Shown here in pieces: positions 26,806-39,774 of a stretch of DNA of 64,000 nt. The stretch's first letter is position 1. Every line of letters starts with the position of its first letter. A program made the translations under genes and the position numbers. The stretch is from assembly GCF_037042905.1 (NCBI RefSeq), contig NC_087251.1, positions 39,742,001 through 39,806,000 of the forward strand, in the 5' to 3' direction. Under the pieces are notes generated by a model, which saw only the letters and a program-made list of their open reading frames with translations, was not told the origin of the DNA and did no database searches. This stretch comes from Lytechinus pictus. Taxonomy: Eukaryota.

Positions 26806-27257
26806 NNNNNNNNNNNNNNNNNNNNNNNNNNNNNNNNNNNNNNNNNNNNNNNNNNNNNNNNNNNNNNNNNNNNNNNNNNNNNNNNNNNNNNNNNNNNNNN
26901 NNNNNNNNNNNNNNNNNNNNNNNNNNNNNNNNNNNNNNNNNNNNNNNNNNNNNNNNNNNNNNNNNNNNNNNNNNNNNNNNNNNNNNNNNNNNNNNNNNNN
27001 NNNNTCCGTCTTCCTTCTTTTTTTTCCCTTCTGTCNNNNNNNNNNNNNNNNNNNNNNNNNNNNNNNNNNNNNNNNNNNNNNNNNNNNNNNNNNNNNNNNN
27101 NNNNNNNNNNNNNNNNNNNNNNNNNNNNNNNNNNNNNNNNNNNNNNNNNNNNNNNNNNNNNNNNNNNNNNNNNNNNNNNNNNNNNNNNNNNNNNNNNNNN
27201 NNNNNNNNNNNNNNNNNNNNNNNNNNNNNNNNNNNNNNNNNNNNNNNNNNNNNNNNN
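26806..27257. other. assembly gaps / N runs (26806-27004 and 27036-27257)
   Basis: runs of n. Confidence 1.
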
Positions 27258-27570
27258 TGAAATTGTATAAGAACACTATTTAGCTATAATATTATGTTAT
27301 TAAAAATAATCAAGAGCAGTCCAACTATGATGACCCAGACAATGGATATAGTAGGACCTAAGTTTATAGGCCATATATTATGTACATTTGCACATATACA
27401 TTGATCAGTTTTAAAAAGAAAAAATGAAAATAAAACAGATACTGTATCGATTACAAAAACTTGTACACATAACTATTTCTATTTTGTATTTCTATTTTGA
27501 ATTTTGAGTTTGAATATCCCCCATATGAAGCTTGGCATGGTTTTTGACCAAACAAGCTCAATTTTTTAAC

Positions 27571-27730
27571 TGGGCTCCGTAACACAAAGGTTTGCAATCA
27601 ATCACTAAATACCAATAACCAATCAAGATCATTGTTGCATGCGCACTCTGTTTAAACTACTGACCGGGAACCAATCAGCGCGGTTCTTTCATATTTACAA
27701 TTCATCGCAAACCTTTGTGTTACGGAGCCC
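27571..27730. mobile_element. MITE (related copy at ~28779-28925)
   Basis: TIR gggctccgtaacacaaaggtttgc / gcaaacctttgtgttacggagccc. Confidence 0.85.
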
Positions 27731-29532
27731 TGATCCTCGAATAGCTGGGTAACTGATGAACTGGGTGCTTTCATCGGCCGTTTCCTCCAGCCACCTATGA
27801 CTAATCATCAGCAGAGAAGGAGACTTTCTCCAACCGTTGACCAACATAGAAACATTGGCCCCAGTATCCAATTTACAGAATACTGCAGTGTTTCCCAAAC
27901 ATTATAGTAAATATTTAAGAACAAACTAACCGAAAAGGCATACAAATACATATTAAGTATATATGCATAACACATTCTTCTTTCAATATTTTTTCATTAG
28001 GCGGAAAAACGGCGCCTACAGTCTCGCTCTGCTTTGCAGGAGAGACAAAAAAGCAGTATTAAATAGAGAATATGAAAATGGAAGTGAGGAGGGCCCAGTA
28101 AAAGTAAAGCTTGAAAGTGTGGATCCCTCTTGAAAATATGAAATATTATAATTGGGTACTTAATATATGTAGAGGAAAGAATAATATTCATTAATATTAC
28201 TAGAAGAATCGTCATAAGATCTAACAAAGAAATAAGTTAGATTGAAATTTACACTTTCTCAACTGTGCACTTGTAATACATTTTCAAAACACCTTTTAAG
28301 AACAAATACCATATGTTCCATTTTGCATACATTCATACCACTAATATAATTTTCACACAATAACTTAAAAGATGTTTCAAATTCTCAATATTGTTAAAAC
28401 AGAAGATACCAGTTGAACTCCTGAGCCAATTTCATTTTTAACATGAATGAATACATAAGTGTATGTATCGCACATATCACTTCTTTTGAACTTACCCTGT
28501 TGCTTGACAAAATATTCATTTATGTCTATTTCGCAAATAAGAAAGTGATTGAATTTCATCAACTAAAATGATTTTTTTAAAGATGCATAAAAACAAATCA
28601 TCACTGCAGACATATACTGATTAAGATAATTTCTAGAACATTGCCCTGTTACAAAACATGTTACAATTTATCGTTCATTAGTTTATCAAAATAAATAAGG
28701 ATAAGGACTTTAAAGAAAATTAGAGTATGTAACGCAATAAATACGGTACATGAAAGGATTTGAAAGAAGCAATGCACCAGGACCCCTAACACAAAGGTTT
28801 GTGATAGAAATCAAATGTGAAAGAACGACACTAATCAGTATTTTGTATAAAATGTGCATGCAACAATGTTTCTGATTCACCATTGCCATCAAGAGATTGG
28901 TAGCAAACATTTGTTTCAGAGCCCTGATCATATCAGAAATACACAAATCAAATATCTTTCTTTTACCTTAAAATCTCACAGTTGTACATGTAGCACCACT
29001 AGTAGGCCTATTCAAAATGCACTTTGTACTATTTGCATTTTCAGTTATAGAAGATCCATTTCGAGAGTAACTTTTGGATTATTTCAAATCCAAAGATATG
29101 CTTACAAGGGCAACAAAGCACACATCTACTGCTTTATAAGCATCTTAATGGCAAAAGTTAAGGGAATTTTATACAAACACTATCTCTAAATGGACACAAC
29201 ACATAGTCCATATTTGAGCAAAGAGTCATCAAAACGTTGTATTGAAGTAAAAAATAAGTAAAAAATATATATATATTACCGGCAAATAAATTAAATTATC
29301 TAGAATCTTGTTTTGAAATGTCATAAATTTCAGCCAATGAGGTTAAACTTCTGGTTTAACAATCATTTTTTCTAACTGAAGATATTACCCCAATATATAT
29401 GTTTACATACTGCTTCCATAAATATAATTAGTCATTTGAGTTGGTTAATGAATCATGGCAATATGCCACATTACCTAGAATCGAAATAAAGATCCACACA
29501 CATGATTGGATACAGTCATCTTATTACTCCTG

Positions 29533-30318
29533 TCAAGGACTCAATTGGACAATTTTGTTGCAGAACTGAATAACTGCATTCTGTCCCGTGACCATCCAGT
29601 CTTTATCCTCTGCCTCTTTCTTCTCACTCAATCCTTCTTTCAATCCGACAACGGTGTCACATTTCAGTGTCCTAAGAGTACACAAGGGTGCCGGGTGGAA
29701 GCCACATAGGGCATCTTCGAAGGGTGTGGTGTGTGGCCAGGAGCGATCTGCCACCAGCTTGCGGTAGTTGAGGTCTCCCTTAAAGAGAAGTAGATCAGCG
29801 TTACTTAGTTCCTGATAGAGTTCCGGAGCCACCACCTTCATATCGCAGAAATCATAGCAAGTAGTCCAGAAGAGATGATCGTGCAGTATACAGACACCGC
29901 TTCTGAGCCGATCCTGGAAGCGCTGCCCTAGAGACGACACAGCTGCGTCTTTGTTCTCCTGCAATCGCTGAAGCGTCCAGTCCCAGTCAAACCTGACGAC
30001 ATCACTAACAAACCAAGGCATTGCTTTCAGATGGAAATGTGCTTCATCGATGAGCCTGACCTGAAGTAAGTAGTCCACAAGGACCAAGTCTGTGAGGAGC
30101 TCGAAACCGGCATTGTCCAAGACTACGTCCAGTCTGACCTTCTTATCAGGGGAGACTTGGGATGCTTTGGCACCACATAGAGTCTGCCATACTTGGTGGA
30201 TGTTGTCAGCCAGAATGTAGGGTTGTAAATAGGCCAGTTGGGCCACTGGACTTATCTTCTGGGAGTTTTCAATTCCTGCCGATATAGACAAGTCACACTT
30301 GTTCCCCCACAGAGATAT
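29533..30318 (-). CDS. ARMT1: damage-control phosphatase ARMT1 (DUF89), exon 5
   Basis: ISLWGNKCDLS, VLDNAGFEL, PWFVSD, FKGDLNYRKL, RTLKCD motifs; CAG acceptor at 30319. Confidence 0.96.
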   Translation of the reverse strand: MSLWGNKCDLSISAGIENSQKISPVAQLAYLQPYILADNIHQVWQTLCGAKASQVSPDKKVRLDVVLDNAGFELLTDLVLVDYLLQVRLIDEAHFHLKAMPWFVSDVVRFDWDWTLQRLQENKDAAVSSLGQRFQDRLRSGVCILHDHLFWTTCYDFCDMKVVAPELYQELSNADLLLFKGDLNYRKLVADRSWPHTTPFEDALCGFHPAPLCTLRTLKCDTVVGLKEGLSEKKEAEDKDWMVTGQNAVIQFCNKIVQLSP

Positions 30319-30390
30319 CTGTCAAGTGGTATGAAAAGAAAGGATGATAGTAGTATGAGTACAAGTCTACTGCCATTATTTGAAGAAAGA

Positions 30391-30865
30391 GACAAGAGTG
30401 TTGCTACGGCGAGCACATAATATGCCTGAAATGCAGAAAATGGAGTTATTGGTCAAGCAAGAAAAGTGGAAGGTGGCGACTTCACCTTTGACCTTCTGAC
30501 CTCAAAATCAATAGAATTCCTGGGATCCATGCTAGCTAGTATCATACACACCAAATTATATGAGCCTAAGTTAATCTAAACTGAAGTTATCGCATTTACA
30601 AGGACTGCACAAGGGAAACATGAAAACATGTCACTGTGATCTTGATCATTGACCTTTTGACCTGAAAATCAATAGGCTTCCTGGGATCCATGCTAGTATC
30701 ATACACATCAAATTATATGAGCTTAGCTTAAGATAAACTAAAGTTATCGCGTTTATAAGGAAAAGTTAATGGACGGTCAGACAAACGGACGGATGGACGG
30801 ACAGACAGATGGACACCGAGCATGATACCATAATACGTCCCATAGGACAGGCGTATCAAAAATTA
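30391..30865. mobile_element. Helentron/HINE-like non-autonomous repeat in ARMT1 intron 4 (partial copy at ~55853-56060)
   Basis: tandem tgacctttgacc units, (GGAC/GACA)n, terminal hairpin tacgtcccataggacaggcgta followed by an A-run. Confidence 0.6.
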
Positions 30866-31474
30866 TAAACATGTGCATAGGAAGTATAATTTATTTTGGG
30901 CAAAGACTGAGGATTGATGTTTAAATATTAATTTCAAATTATACCTCTGCCTCTTGTGTCTTGCTAGGCCAGAAAGATATTTCTCCTAAGTTGCGGATAA
31001 ATTTTTTTGCAAGAAATGATAAGAGTTGTGAGGATCTACTGCTGAAGTATAATCAGACATATTTGAATTTCCATAAAGCCTTGGAGACAAAGCTAATCTT
31101 TTAAGAGCAATGACATCACAGAGATGTCTCTGTAACAAGCATAAATCCTCTTCATGTTTAATGAAGTTTCTTGTTGATTTTCACTGACTTACTTGCCCTG
31201 AACCAATCGGATTTTATAAAGGATTGGAGTAGCTTATAACAAATAGTCAGTGAAAATCTTTGAATATTTTTTTCATGAAATAATCCCCAAGTCACCAACC
31301 ATTATCTAGGCTACTGAGATACACATGTTTCATAATAAAACTGCTAGAATATGGTGCTGCAGCCCAACCAAACATTCCTCAATGCAAAAAATCCACCCAA
31401 CAACAATTGATAAAATAGAAAAAAAAGAAGTCTAGGAATAACAAGAGTAAGAAATGGTATTAATTTCTACTGAC

Positions 31475-31622
31475 CTGAAGAATATCAGCAAACTTTTCAA
31501 AAGAGGCTGGTACCTTGACTGCCTCGTCTAGGTAAGAGGTTAGAGTGCATACTGCATCAAGGGAAGATAGCAGGGCAGTTTGTTTCTGATCACTAAAGGG
31601 GTCAAAGGTTTTTAGACATTGG
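31475..31622 (-). CDS. ARMT1: ARMT1 exon 4
   Basis: QCLKTFDPFSDQK...FADILQ; CAG acceptor, GTCAGT donor, phase 2-0. Confidence 0.92.
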
Positions 31623-32145
31623 CTGTAAAGAGGAAGACATGAAATTTTCATTGAAATATCATCAAGTCATGTTGAAGAGAATATGCAGTAAACAAGTCAT
31701 ACCATTTTACATTAATAATCGTACAATGCACAGAGCTGAGATAACACAAAGTGGCCCTTGATTTAAGCAATAAGTAACCCGCCTCTGAATATTAATTTAT
31801 GTTAACAAAAATCGTTTTGATGTCCTGCTTTATGAACTATGGTAGTTTATAAAAAGTTATTGAATTTACCCTGTCATGGTTGACAACTTTCCAGCACAAA
31901 TCAAGAGGTCTGTTCACAAACAACTTACCATGGTAACGGGGCTAAGCAGCCAATTGAAATTAAGGTTTCCATTGCATTTAACCATAATGTAAGTCTTAAT
32001 GAAGCAGGCCCTAGAAAGTTCATATTCTGGAGATGCGGATAAGAAAGTATTGAGCGGAAAGTCTGAATATTGTAATTCTTGCACTTTGAGTTTACTGGTT
32101 TTTAAAAAAATTCACAAGAGTAAATTAAGATCACCTTCAACCTAC

Positions 32146-32384
32146 CTCAGGGTTATGGCTTCAGTGATGGCCCTGTACATGTAGCACTCGACATAAAGCC
32201 AAGCCGACTTAAACCATCTGGGTTTGTCTCCTCCGCAACGCTCCGTCTCATCGTCTAAGTACCCATTCCAAAGCTCAACATCCTCACGATCATCTGTGAG
32301 CTTTTCCAGGGCTTTGTCTGTTTGCATGCAGTTCTTGAGAGCAGACAGCTTGCCAACAATGAATTTGCAGTCTTCAGCCCCTTG
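32146..32384 (-). CDS. ARMT1: ARMT1 exon 3
   Basis: QGAEDCK..LSALKNCMQTDK..WFKSAWLYVECYMYR; phase 0-2. Confidence 0.94.
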
Positions 32385-32860
32385 CTGCAGGAAACAATAA
32401 ACAGTTGGAAGTTAAACATGTATCATTTGCTTTTCATCTCAACTTATCATTCCTTTACAAAGCATGATATTCCTAACATCTTATACATAAAATATAAACC
32501 TGATGAATGAACACACGTTTATTCTGCTTCATTGGCATTTAGAGTCATAGGGAACATTGCACGGAAGGCATGAACAAAGCTTATTTTATCTGACAGCTAC
32601 CATAGTAAGACACCTGGGATTCCAAGTCAATTAAAAACAAGGAAATTCGTCAGATCTGAAAACTTGTACAATAAAAGTAAATGCTCCCTGATTGTCCTGC
32701 TTTGTGGGTTTAGACTGTTTATTTGCCCAATGGCAGCTTTTGAGAATATTCTACCTACGCCTTCAGAATTCAAACAACAATTTGGTTTCTCCATAATGTT
32801 GAGGACTGCTGCCTAATTGCAGTCTGGAAGATGCCAAGAGTCTTGTAGATAACTTTGGCA

Positions 32861-33076
32861 NNNNNNNNNNNNNNNNNNNNNNNNNNNNNNNNNNNNNNNN
32901 NNNNNNNNNNNNNNNNNNNNNNNNNNNNNNNNNNNNNNNNNNNNNNNNNNNNNNNNNNNNNNNNNNNNNNNNNNNNNNNNNNNNNNNNNNNNNNNNNNNN
33001 NNNNNNNNNNNNNNNNNNNNNNNNNNNNNNNNNNNNNNNNNNNNNNNNNNNNNNNNNNNNNNNNNNNNNNNNNNNN
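32861..33076. other. assembly gap / N run in ARMT1 intron 2
   Basis: run of n. Confidence 1.
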
Positions 33077-33211
33077 ACCTCAACAACCACCATCATATCA
33101 TCTTCATCATCATTATCATCAAGGGATCTTCTTCTGTGGTTTTATATATATATTTTTTTGGCACTCTCAAGAAAGGAAATTACTTTTTGCAAAGTATATC
33201 TTCTGGCTTAC

Positions 33212-33317
33212 CTGGCCATGTAACTGCTGTGCATCTTTCCTGTACTTGTAGACTGTATCAATAACCTTGGTCAGAATCACAGGTAGACGCTTACTGACAG
33301 TAGCAAAGGCAAAGCTC
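33212..33317 (-). CDS. ARMT1: ARMT1 exon 2
   Basis: SFAFATVSKRLPVILTKVIDTVYKYRKDAQQLHGQ; tttcag acceptor, GTAAGC donor, phase 2-0. Confidence 0.93.
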
Positions 33318-33998
33318 CTGAAAAAAGAAAAGGAGGAAAATTTACTTTCTGAGTGTCTTTGTATGACTACAAGGTTTTGTTGCTAAATAAAATTCTCTTC
33401 ATCAAGTTTATTGGATATCACCAATTGGCAATTTAAGCCATATATTAGTAGTAATACAAAAGTAACAGTCAGGCTACAAACAAGCCCTGGGCGGATCCAG
33501 GATTTTCCAAAAGGGGGAGGGGAAATGTTTTGTTTAGAACAAAATTAACTGCCCCCCCCCCCAAAAAAAAAAGGTCTACACTCCCAATTTACAGTGATTT
33601 ACTTATGTGAGAAAAACTTTGACAAATGATTTTTTAGAAGAGCCGAATGTGCCCCTACCTGGATCTGCCGCTTCTGAAAACTATTAAGAAAAGGAGAGGG
33701 ACAGAGGGTCTAACAGAAATATGCTCAAAATTGGTTCTCAATAGACAGGAATAACTGTAGGGTGTCTGGAGAAAAAATTATTTTGCTCATTTGAAAAAAA
33801 AATATTGAATTTACTTTGTGGATTTGAAGAGAAATAACCTGTGACCTGCAGATGTAAAATTCCAATGAAAGATAAATACCAGTTGTGGTAACGATCTCAA
33901 AATGAGTTCAAATAGAATCCAATAAAATTACCACCCAAGTGTTTGTAGGTGTTCATGTGCCAAGAGACAGAACATCTCCTTTTTTTGAGGGTCCAGCT

Positions 33999-34578
33999 CC
34001 CGGGGGGGGCCACTTCCATTGACGAGTGGATACCATGCGCGACCATGGGGTCTCAAAAAGCACCCTAAACATGTATTTTCCATATTCTGAAAATGCACCC
34101 CTTAACAAGTATTGGCGTGTGAAACCCTACCCTTAACAAGTATTGAAAACAAAATGATACTCTTGGCAAGTATTCCCTGAATTGACCCCCTAAACAAGTA
34201 CAGCGATATTTTAATTGTTAAACGTGTCACATCGGTCGTCGGTTTTACCTTTACCTACATCATTGGGTTTAGTGCAGCCCCACCTCCCACATCTCGTGCA
34301 AATTGTCTACTCTAAACACGTAGTGTTGACTCTTGGCTTGGGGCCAAAAGTACATCCTTTATAAAATATATTTTTACGCCCTCGCAAAATTGACCCTAAA
34401 CACGTAGCTTTCCTAGCAAAAATAGATAGGGGGGCCTACCCTTTTTTCATTATTTTAGTGTTTTTGATACCCTTATTACGTGCCCTATCTTGAAAAAGAC
34501 ATACTTTTTATGTGTTTTTTTGGTCATGCATGGTATCCACTTGTCAATGTAAAGTGCCCCCCCCCCCCCCCCCCCGGG
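33999..34578. mobile_element. non-autonomous DNA transposon, CCCGGG termini, 8-bp TSD
   Basis: TSD gtccagct at 33991-33998 and 34579-34586; ~50-bp TIR; second, interrupted copy at ~37730-38570. Confidence 0.85.
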
Positions 34579-35090
34579 GTCCAGCTCCAGACTCCAGTTT
34601 GTGCCTCGATGTCACTTTGTCAGGATTCTGTGTCACGGCCGGCGCCTTCATCCATAAAATCGAGGTAAGTGCATAATTTATTTTGTCCCCTTTTATTTGG
34701 GGTGCTATTGCGACCCCATTCTACCCCATTTTGGAGAGTACAAAATATAGACTCAGTCTCAATCAGCCTAATTTTTGTTTTGAATTTTGAAAGAAGATCG
34801 AGGTATCGCGACAGAACTTTTCGTTTTTTTGAGGTTCCAGTCTGTGCCTCGATGTCAGGATTTTTGGGTCATGATAGACCTTCATCAATATAATCGTGGT
34901 ATGTGCATAATTTTATTAAGATTACTATTGAGACCCCAATCTACCCCATTGTCTCCCTCGTTTTGCACAGTCGACTCCTGGGCTCCGGCCCGCCGGAGCT
35001 CCCTGAGCTGAGCCAGGTTTAGTGGTTGGGTGGTTACCCTTAACGTACTAACCGCAGAGTCTACTTGAAAATTAAGTTGATTCAACTTAC

Positions 35091-35164
35091 TCCCTGTGTT
35101 GAGCAGATGATTTTGCATAAAGCGGCCTTTCGGTAGTATGATCAGCATTCTTGGGTGGTTCCAT
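35091..35164 (-). CDS. ARMT1: ARMT1 first coding exon
   Basis: MEPPKNADHTTERPLYAKSSAQHR-GA|GTAAGT, phase 2 fits exon 2; spliced CDS 1353 nt = 450 aa. Confidence 0.75.
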
Positions 35165-35530
35165 GCTCTTATTTTGAAATGTAAATACATGTGAAAGTGA
35201 CTGCTCTCTTTTTGCTTGATCCCCTCCTTGTTCGTGGGCACACGTGCTTAATCTTATCTAGACACCGAGCGGTACGTAGGAAGTAGCTAGCCCGGCACTG
35301 TGGCACACAGGCAGCCTAGCAATGGCCTCTAAACTGTTGGTGCACAAAAGTGGGCGTGGTTGGATAAAATAGCGCATCTCGGTACGGTATACCCTTACCG
35401 GTATTAATATGCTGAACGGATTGACATTGACCATGTGCTGAATTTATGACGGCCGCAGTTGAAACTGCGCTACGATTATCTTTGATATTAATAACCTCAA
35501 TCGGGATTTGGATTTGGATTTGGACTCAAG
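35165..35530. promoter_or_regulatory. bidirectional promoter region ARMT1/NAA80
   Basis: 366 bp between divergent ATGs; CpG-rich; GC-box-like gggcgtgg at ~35352. Confidence 0.7.
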
Positions 35531-35625
35531 ATGATGTCAATTTTAGCTTTACATGAAAATACCCACCTTACAGATGGCTGTGTTGAAATTTTGAATGATG
35601 AATGGCCAAGGAGCAAAGCTGCTAG
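35531..35625 (+). CDS. NAA80: N-alpha-acetyltransferase 80 (actin NatH), exon 1
   Basis: MMSILALHENTHLTDGCVEILNDEWPRSKAAR, matching NAA80 ..CADLINDQWPRSRTSR; phase-2 donor. Confidence 0.9.
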
Positions 35626-35957
35626 GTAGAGTATAAAATCATGAAATGAATCAGGCTCAGCTCAGGCGATGGTTCACGTTCGTGCGACAAATACTCGCTC
35701 TCAAAAACCATATTTGTCGCCCGATGGTTAGGTGTAGTGGACAGTAGCGGTAGTGAAGTGGATCGAGAGGAGCCTACACGAACCATCGCCTGAGGCTAGG
35801 CAGGCTCACTGGCTCAGGTAGCTGTAGACTAGTTCAAGTTTATTTAATCCAATCAAAACAAGAGACATATTACACAGTTTAACAACAAATGAGAATACAT
35901 GATAGGTGTGAGACCCCATAGAAGCAGAGCTTGTGAGAGGGGCCCCTTACATAAAAC

Positions 35958-36489
35958 CCCGGGGGGGGCACTCGACCAAAAAAGTGGTAGGGGTGTGCCG
36001 CGGGCGAGGCAAAAAACGGGGGCCTTGGAGCGGGCTTATTGTAAAAAGGAGGGTCCTCGGAACGGGCTTCGGAACTACAAATGTTTGTGAAAACGGGGGT
36101 CCTCGGAACGGATCTCCGTATCTCTGTGAGTGCGTATGCATCCCTATGGAACAGGCAATCGTGCATGACGCAGCTAGCGCGGCCTCCGCCGGGTGCGCTC
36201 GCGCTTAGGCGATGGTCGAAAAGCGCTCTACGGCCGCTTTTCACCAAAATTGTAGCAGATCAATGCGACCGGAACGGCGTAACGAAAAATATGCGAAGCT
36301 TTGGAGCGGATTTCTTTCTACTTTTTTCTCGATAAGAAGGAAATGCTATGCCTTGGAGCGGCTTTCTTTGTTCTTTTTCTCAATAAGACAAAAATGCTAT
36401 GCCTTGGAACGGAAATTTGAGTGTAAAAATGGGGGTCCCCTCCGCGGCACATACCCACTATGCATTATATACTGAGTGCCCCCCCCGGG
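35958..36489. mobile_element. non-autonomous DNA transposon, CCCGGG termini, 8-bp TSD
   Basis: TSD cataaaac on both sides; cccggggggggcactc / gagtgccccccccggg. Confidence 0.85.
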
Positions 36490-37197
36490 CATAAAACATG
36501 ACAGCAAGAATGAGATGAAAAATATATATACAATGATAATCTAGAGAGTAAATGGGCAATTCCATGGTATCAGAGTTACAAATCAGATAATTTTGGCTGT
36601 TATTTTTGCTCATAGCATCCAGATATGTCAATATTTTCCCATTTTCTGAACTTAATACTATGCATGGCCACTTGTGCTATACTCTGAACTAAGATATTTA
36701 GAAAACCCCTCACGTTCAGATGTGCAATGGTAACGGAATTACCAGAGAAATGAGTCAATTTGCAACCCAAAGTTTAGGAAAAGTTTCTTTGAAATCTACA
36801 ACACACTAGCTCCAAGTTAATGTCTGATTCAATTCATTACAATGTCAACTTTATTTTGAAAGTAATTTTTTCACAAATATCAACAAATTTTTATAATTGG
36901 TCTTTCTTTTGGGGAAGTATGTGGTAACGGAATTACACATAATGGTAACGGAAAATACGCCTCTGACATTTGTGAGGGAAAATGTTATTTTTAGGCATTT
37001 GTGCCTGAAGAAATGCCTCAATAAAGCTTGTTTATATATTCTTCTCTAATACCTAACACAAGCTAAGTACTTCACATCACTATAGAAATGAGAGTCGAGA
37101 GTTTGTGAATGTGATAGGCTGAGAGAGACTGTCTTGGCCTTTCCCTGGCTGGATTTTGCTCAGGGCTTGGCATGCGCTGGCATAAAATAAAGGTATA

Positions 37198-37350
37198 TCG
37201 CTAATCAGGACTGCAAAGCATTATGGGATCGCAAAAGGGGCCGTTGCGTACGCGCACTAGCGGATGTCCGCAGTGCGCGTGCGCAGAACTAGCTAACGGC
37301 CCCTTTTGCGATCCCATAATGCATATTGCGGTTCTGCATGATTAGCAATA
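37198..37350. mobile_element. short foldback element
   Basis: gcattatgggatcgcaaaaggggccgtt / aacggccccttttgcgatcccataatgc. Confidence 0.75.
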
Positions 37351-38074
37351 TACCTTATTGGCTCATGCCATCATCAAGGCTGGGCTGGGCTAGACCAATT
37401 AAAACTAAAGCTTCGGTCTCTGGTTGTTCCGATGAACTGCGTTGGCTCCACTCACATACGAGAAGAAATAAAAAAAAAATTAAAATGTTAAAAAACTCGG
37501 AACAGACAGCTGCCAGCTGTCTAGGCTGGGCAAGCAATTTCTCGGGTGATATCACAATTCTGTGTAATACATCATTATATGTATGTATTCAAGTAGCACA
37601 TGAAAAAAATACATTACAGTTGCAAGCTTTAGCATTTAGGAGTGTGAGAAACCCTATGTCTAGGATGAGTATTCATTCTTATGGCCTTGGTCATTATCGG
37701 GAGGTCTGGCATTATTTATAACTTTCCGCGCCACATCCATTGACGAGTGGCCTACCATGCACGACCATGGGGTTTCAGAAAGCAACCTAAACAAGTATTT
37801 TACATGTTCTGAAAATGCACCTCTTAACAAGTATTAGCGTGTGAAACCCTACCCTTAACAAGTATTGGAAACGAAATGGTACCCTTGACAAGTATTCCCT
37901 GAATTGACCCCCTAAATATAAGTACAACAATATCAATTGTTATGTCACGGACGTCGACTTTACCTTTACTTTCATTGGGTTTAGTACCACCCCACACACC
38001 TCGCTCAAATTGGACCCTAAACATGTAGTGTTTGGGTAAAAAGTAGGTCTACATCTACCTCAAGTGATGTTCTT

Positions 38075-38393
38075 GCAGGCTCCACTTCACTACCGCTACA
38101 CTACGCTCCACCTACCCGAACATCAAGGTGGTGAACTCGCTCGGATACTCCCGAGTGGCAAAGGTGGGAAAAAATGCATATTTATTGTTGAAATTATACA
38201 ACGAAAAGGCATTAAAAAAAAATAAAGGCTTAATTTCTTACTTTGCACCCTACTTTCACTCCATATCCATCCTCCGGTTAGCCTCAAAATTTGTGATTTA
38301 GAGCCAACATGGAGTTCCTCACATGTATAAATAATTCGCTGCCGATTTCAAAACATCGCATGCGCGAGGGTCTGAGGTAGTCTACACCCTTTA
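38075..38393. repeat. dispersed repeat (second copy 58257-58562; reverse-strand fragment at ~35730-35762)
   Basis: gcaggctccacttcactaccgctacac...tagagccaacatg...cgcatgcgcgagggtct shared; nested within the CCCGGG-family copy. Confidence 0.8.
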
Positions 38394-39579
38394 TAAATAC
38401 CCTCACAAATTGGACCGTAAACACGTAGTTTTCCTGGCGAAATATATGTATACCCATTTTTCATTATTTTAGTGTTTTTGACACCCTTAATACGTTACAT
38501 ACGTAAGTCATGCCCTATCTCGAGAAAGAGATGATCCTTTTTACGTGGTTTTTTGGTCACGCATGTATACAATGAAAAACTAAAAGGGAATGTAATTCAA
38601 CTGAACACTGTTGACTCATAACTACACAATTCCTGTACTGAATGAATATTGGATAGCACTAAAATCTCAGACTATAAAATGTGCATGTAAACTTGCTGCA
38701 TTAGAAGACAACCTTCCATAACTCAAATATTCACCCATGTCGAAGCAGTTTTTAAAGACCAATTTATGCAAAACATGCGCTATGTACATGTAGATCTGAG
38801 TCTATTTCTACCAAGGTAGATTGATTTCTGTGGTCCCAAAATATTTGATTTGGGTAAAGATTAATAATAATAATAATATGCATTTATATAGCGCAAAAAC
38901 TATTTCTATATATTCTATTGCGCTGCAAGAGCTTCCTAGGTCCGTACATACTATTGGAATAGATAGTTTTTTAAATTTAACTTGAAATTGTGTGAATTTG
39001 TTGAATTCCTAATCAACAGATCAAGAGTATGGCCTTGCACATATGCGTACAGATATCAACTAACTATGCACAGCACAGAGACTCAAGCAGGTTTATGAAA
39101 GATTGAGAGTCTCTATTATTGGTATCAACATGTATATTGAAATCTCCAACTATCATTAAAGGAACATTAGAAAGTGACTCTGAATATAGTCACTGAATTC
39201 TGATATAAAGCATGATACAGACACAGGGTGCAATTCTGAGTAAGGAGGCCTATATATATAACTGATATGATTTACATGAGATCTGGTACTCGGCAAATTT
39301 GAACGATTTTTTCTCACCAGCAGATGCTTGAAAGGCATTGATGGTTTTTGGTGGGGTGTTTCGTAAAGCTATTCGTAAAGGTAAGTATGACTTTACGCAC
39401 GACTGGAACATGTTTTCAGGTGCTAAGTCAGCTAAAGAGGGATCATTTAGCCCAAGATAGGATCACAAGCCGTGCTTAAACTTATTCATAACTTACGGAC
39501 AGTTTTATGAAACACCCACCTGTATATATGTTCGTGATGTAACTGGCCTACTAATATTTTTCATTTGATCTTATTTCAG

Positions 39580-39713
39580 GTTGCATTCTATTACCAAGTC
39601 ATGCTCTACACTACCATACTCATTAGTTCTGGTAGAGAATGAAAGCACAGTTGTTGGATACTGCAGGTTGGCCAAGGTCATCAGTGATGACAAGAGTGTT
39701 CTTGTAGAATCTG
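39580..39713 (+). CDS. NAA80: NAA80 exon 2
   Basis: LHSITKSCSTLPYSLVL..VVGYCRLAKV..SVLVES; tttcag / GTAAGA, phase 2-1. Confidence 0.92.
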
Positions 39714-39774
39714 GTAAGATGTATTTTGTTTATAATGCATTTTGTTACAAAACTTGTAGATTCTCACCCCTTAA

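Noticed and set aside
26742-27283. ORFs spanning X runs (also 32763-33223)
   Set aside because: Artefacts of N gaps
34885-35241. 118-aa minus ORF as the ARMT1 N-terminus
   Set aside because: Wrong frame; the phase-compatible exon is 35164-35091 in another frame
35879-36475. Cluster of overlapping GC-rich ORFs
   Set aside because: All fall within the TSD-bounded 35958-36489 non-autonomous element; no transposase motifs
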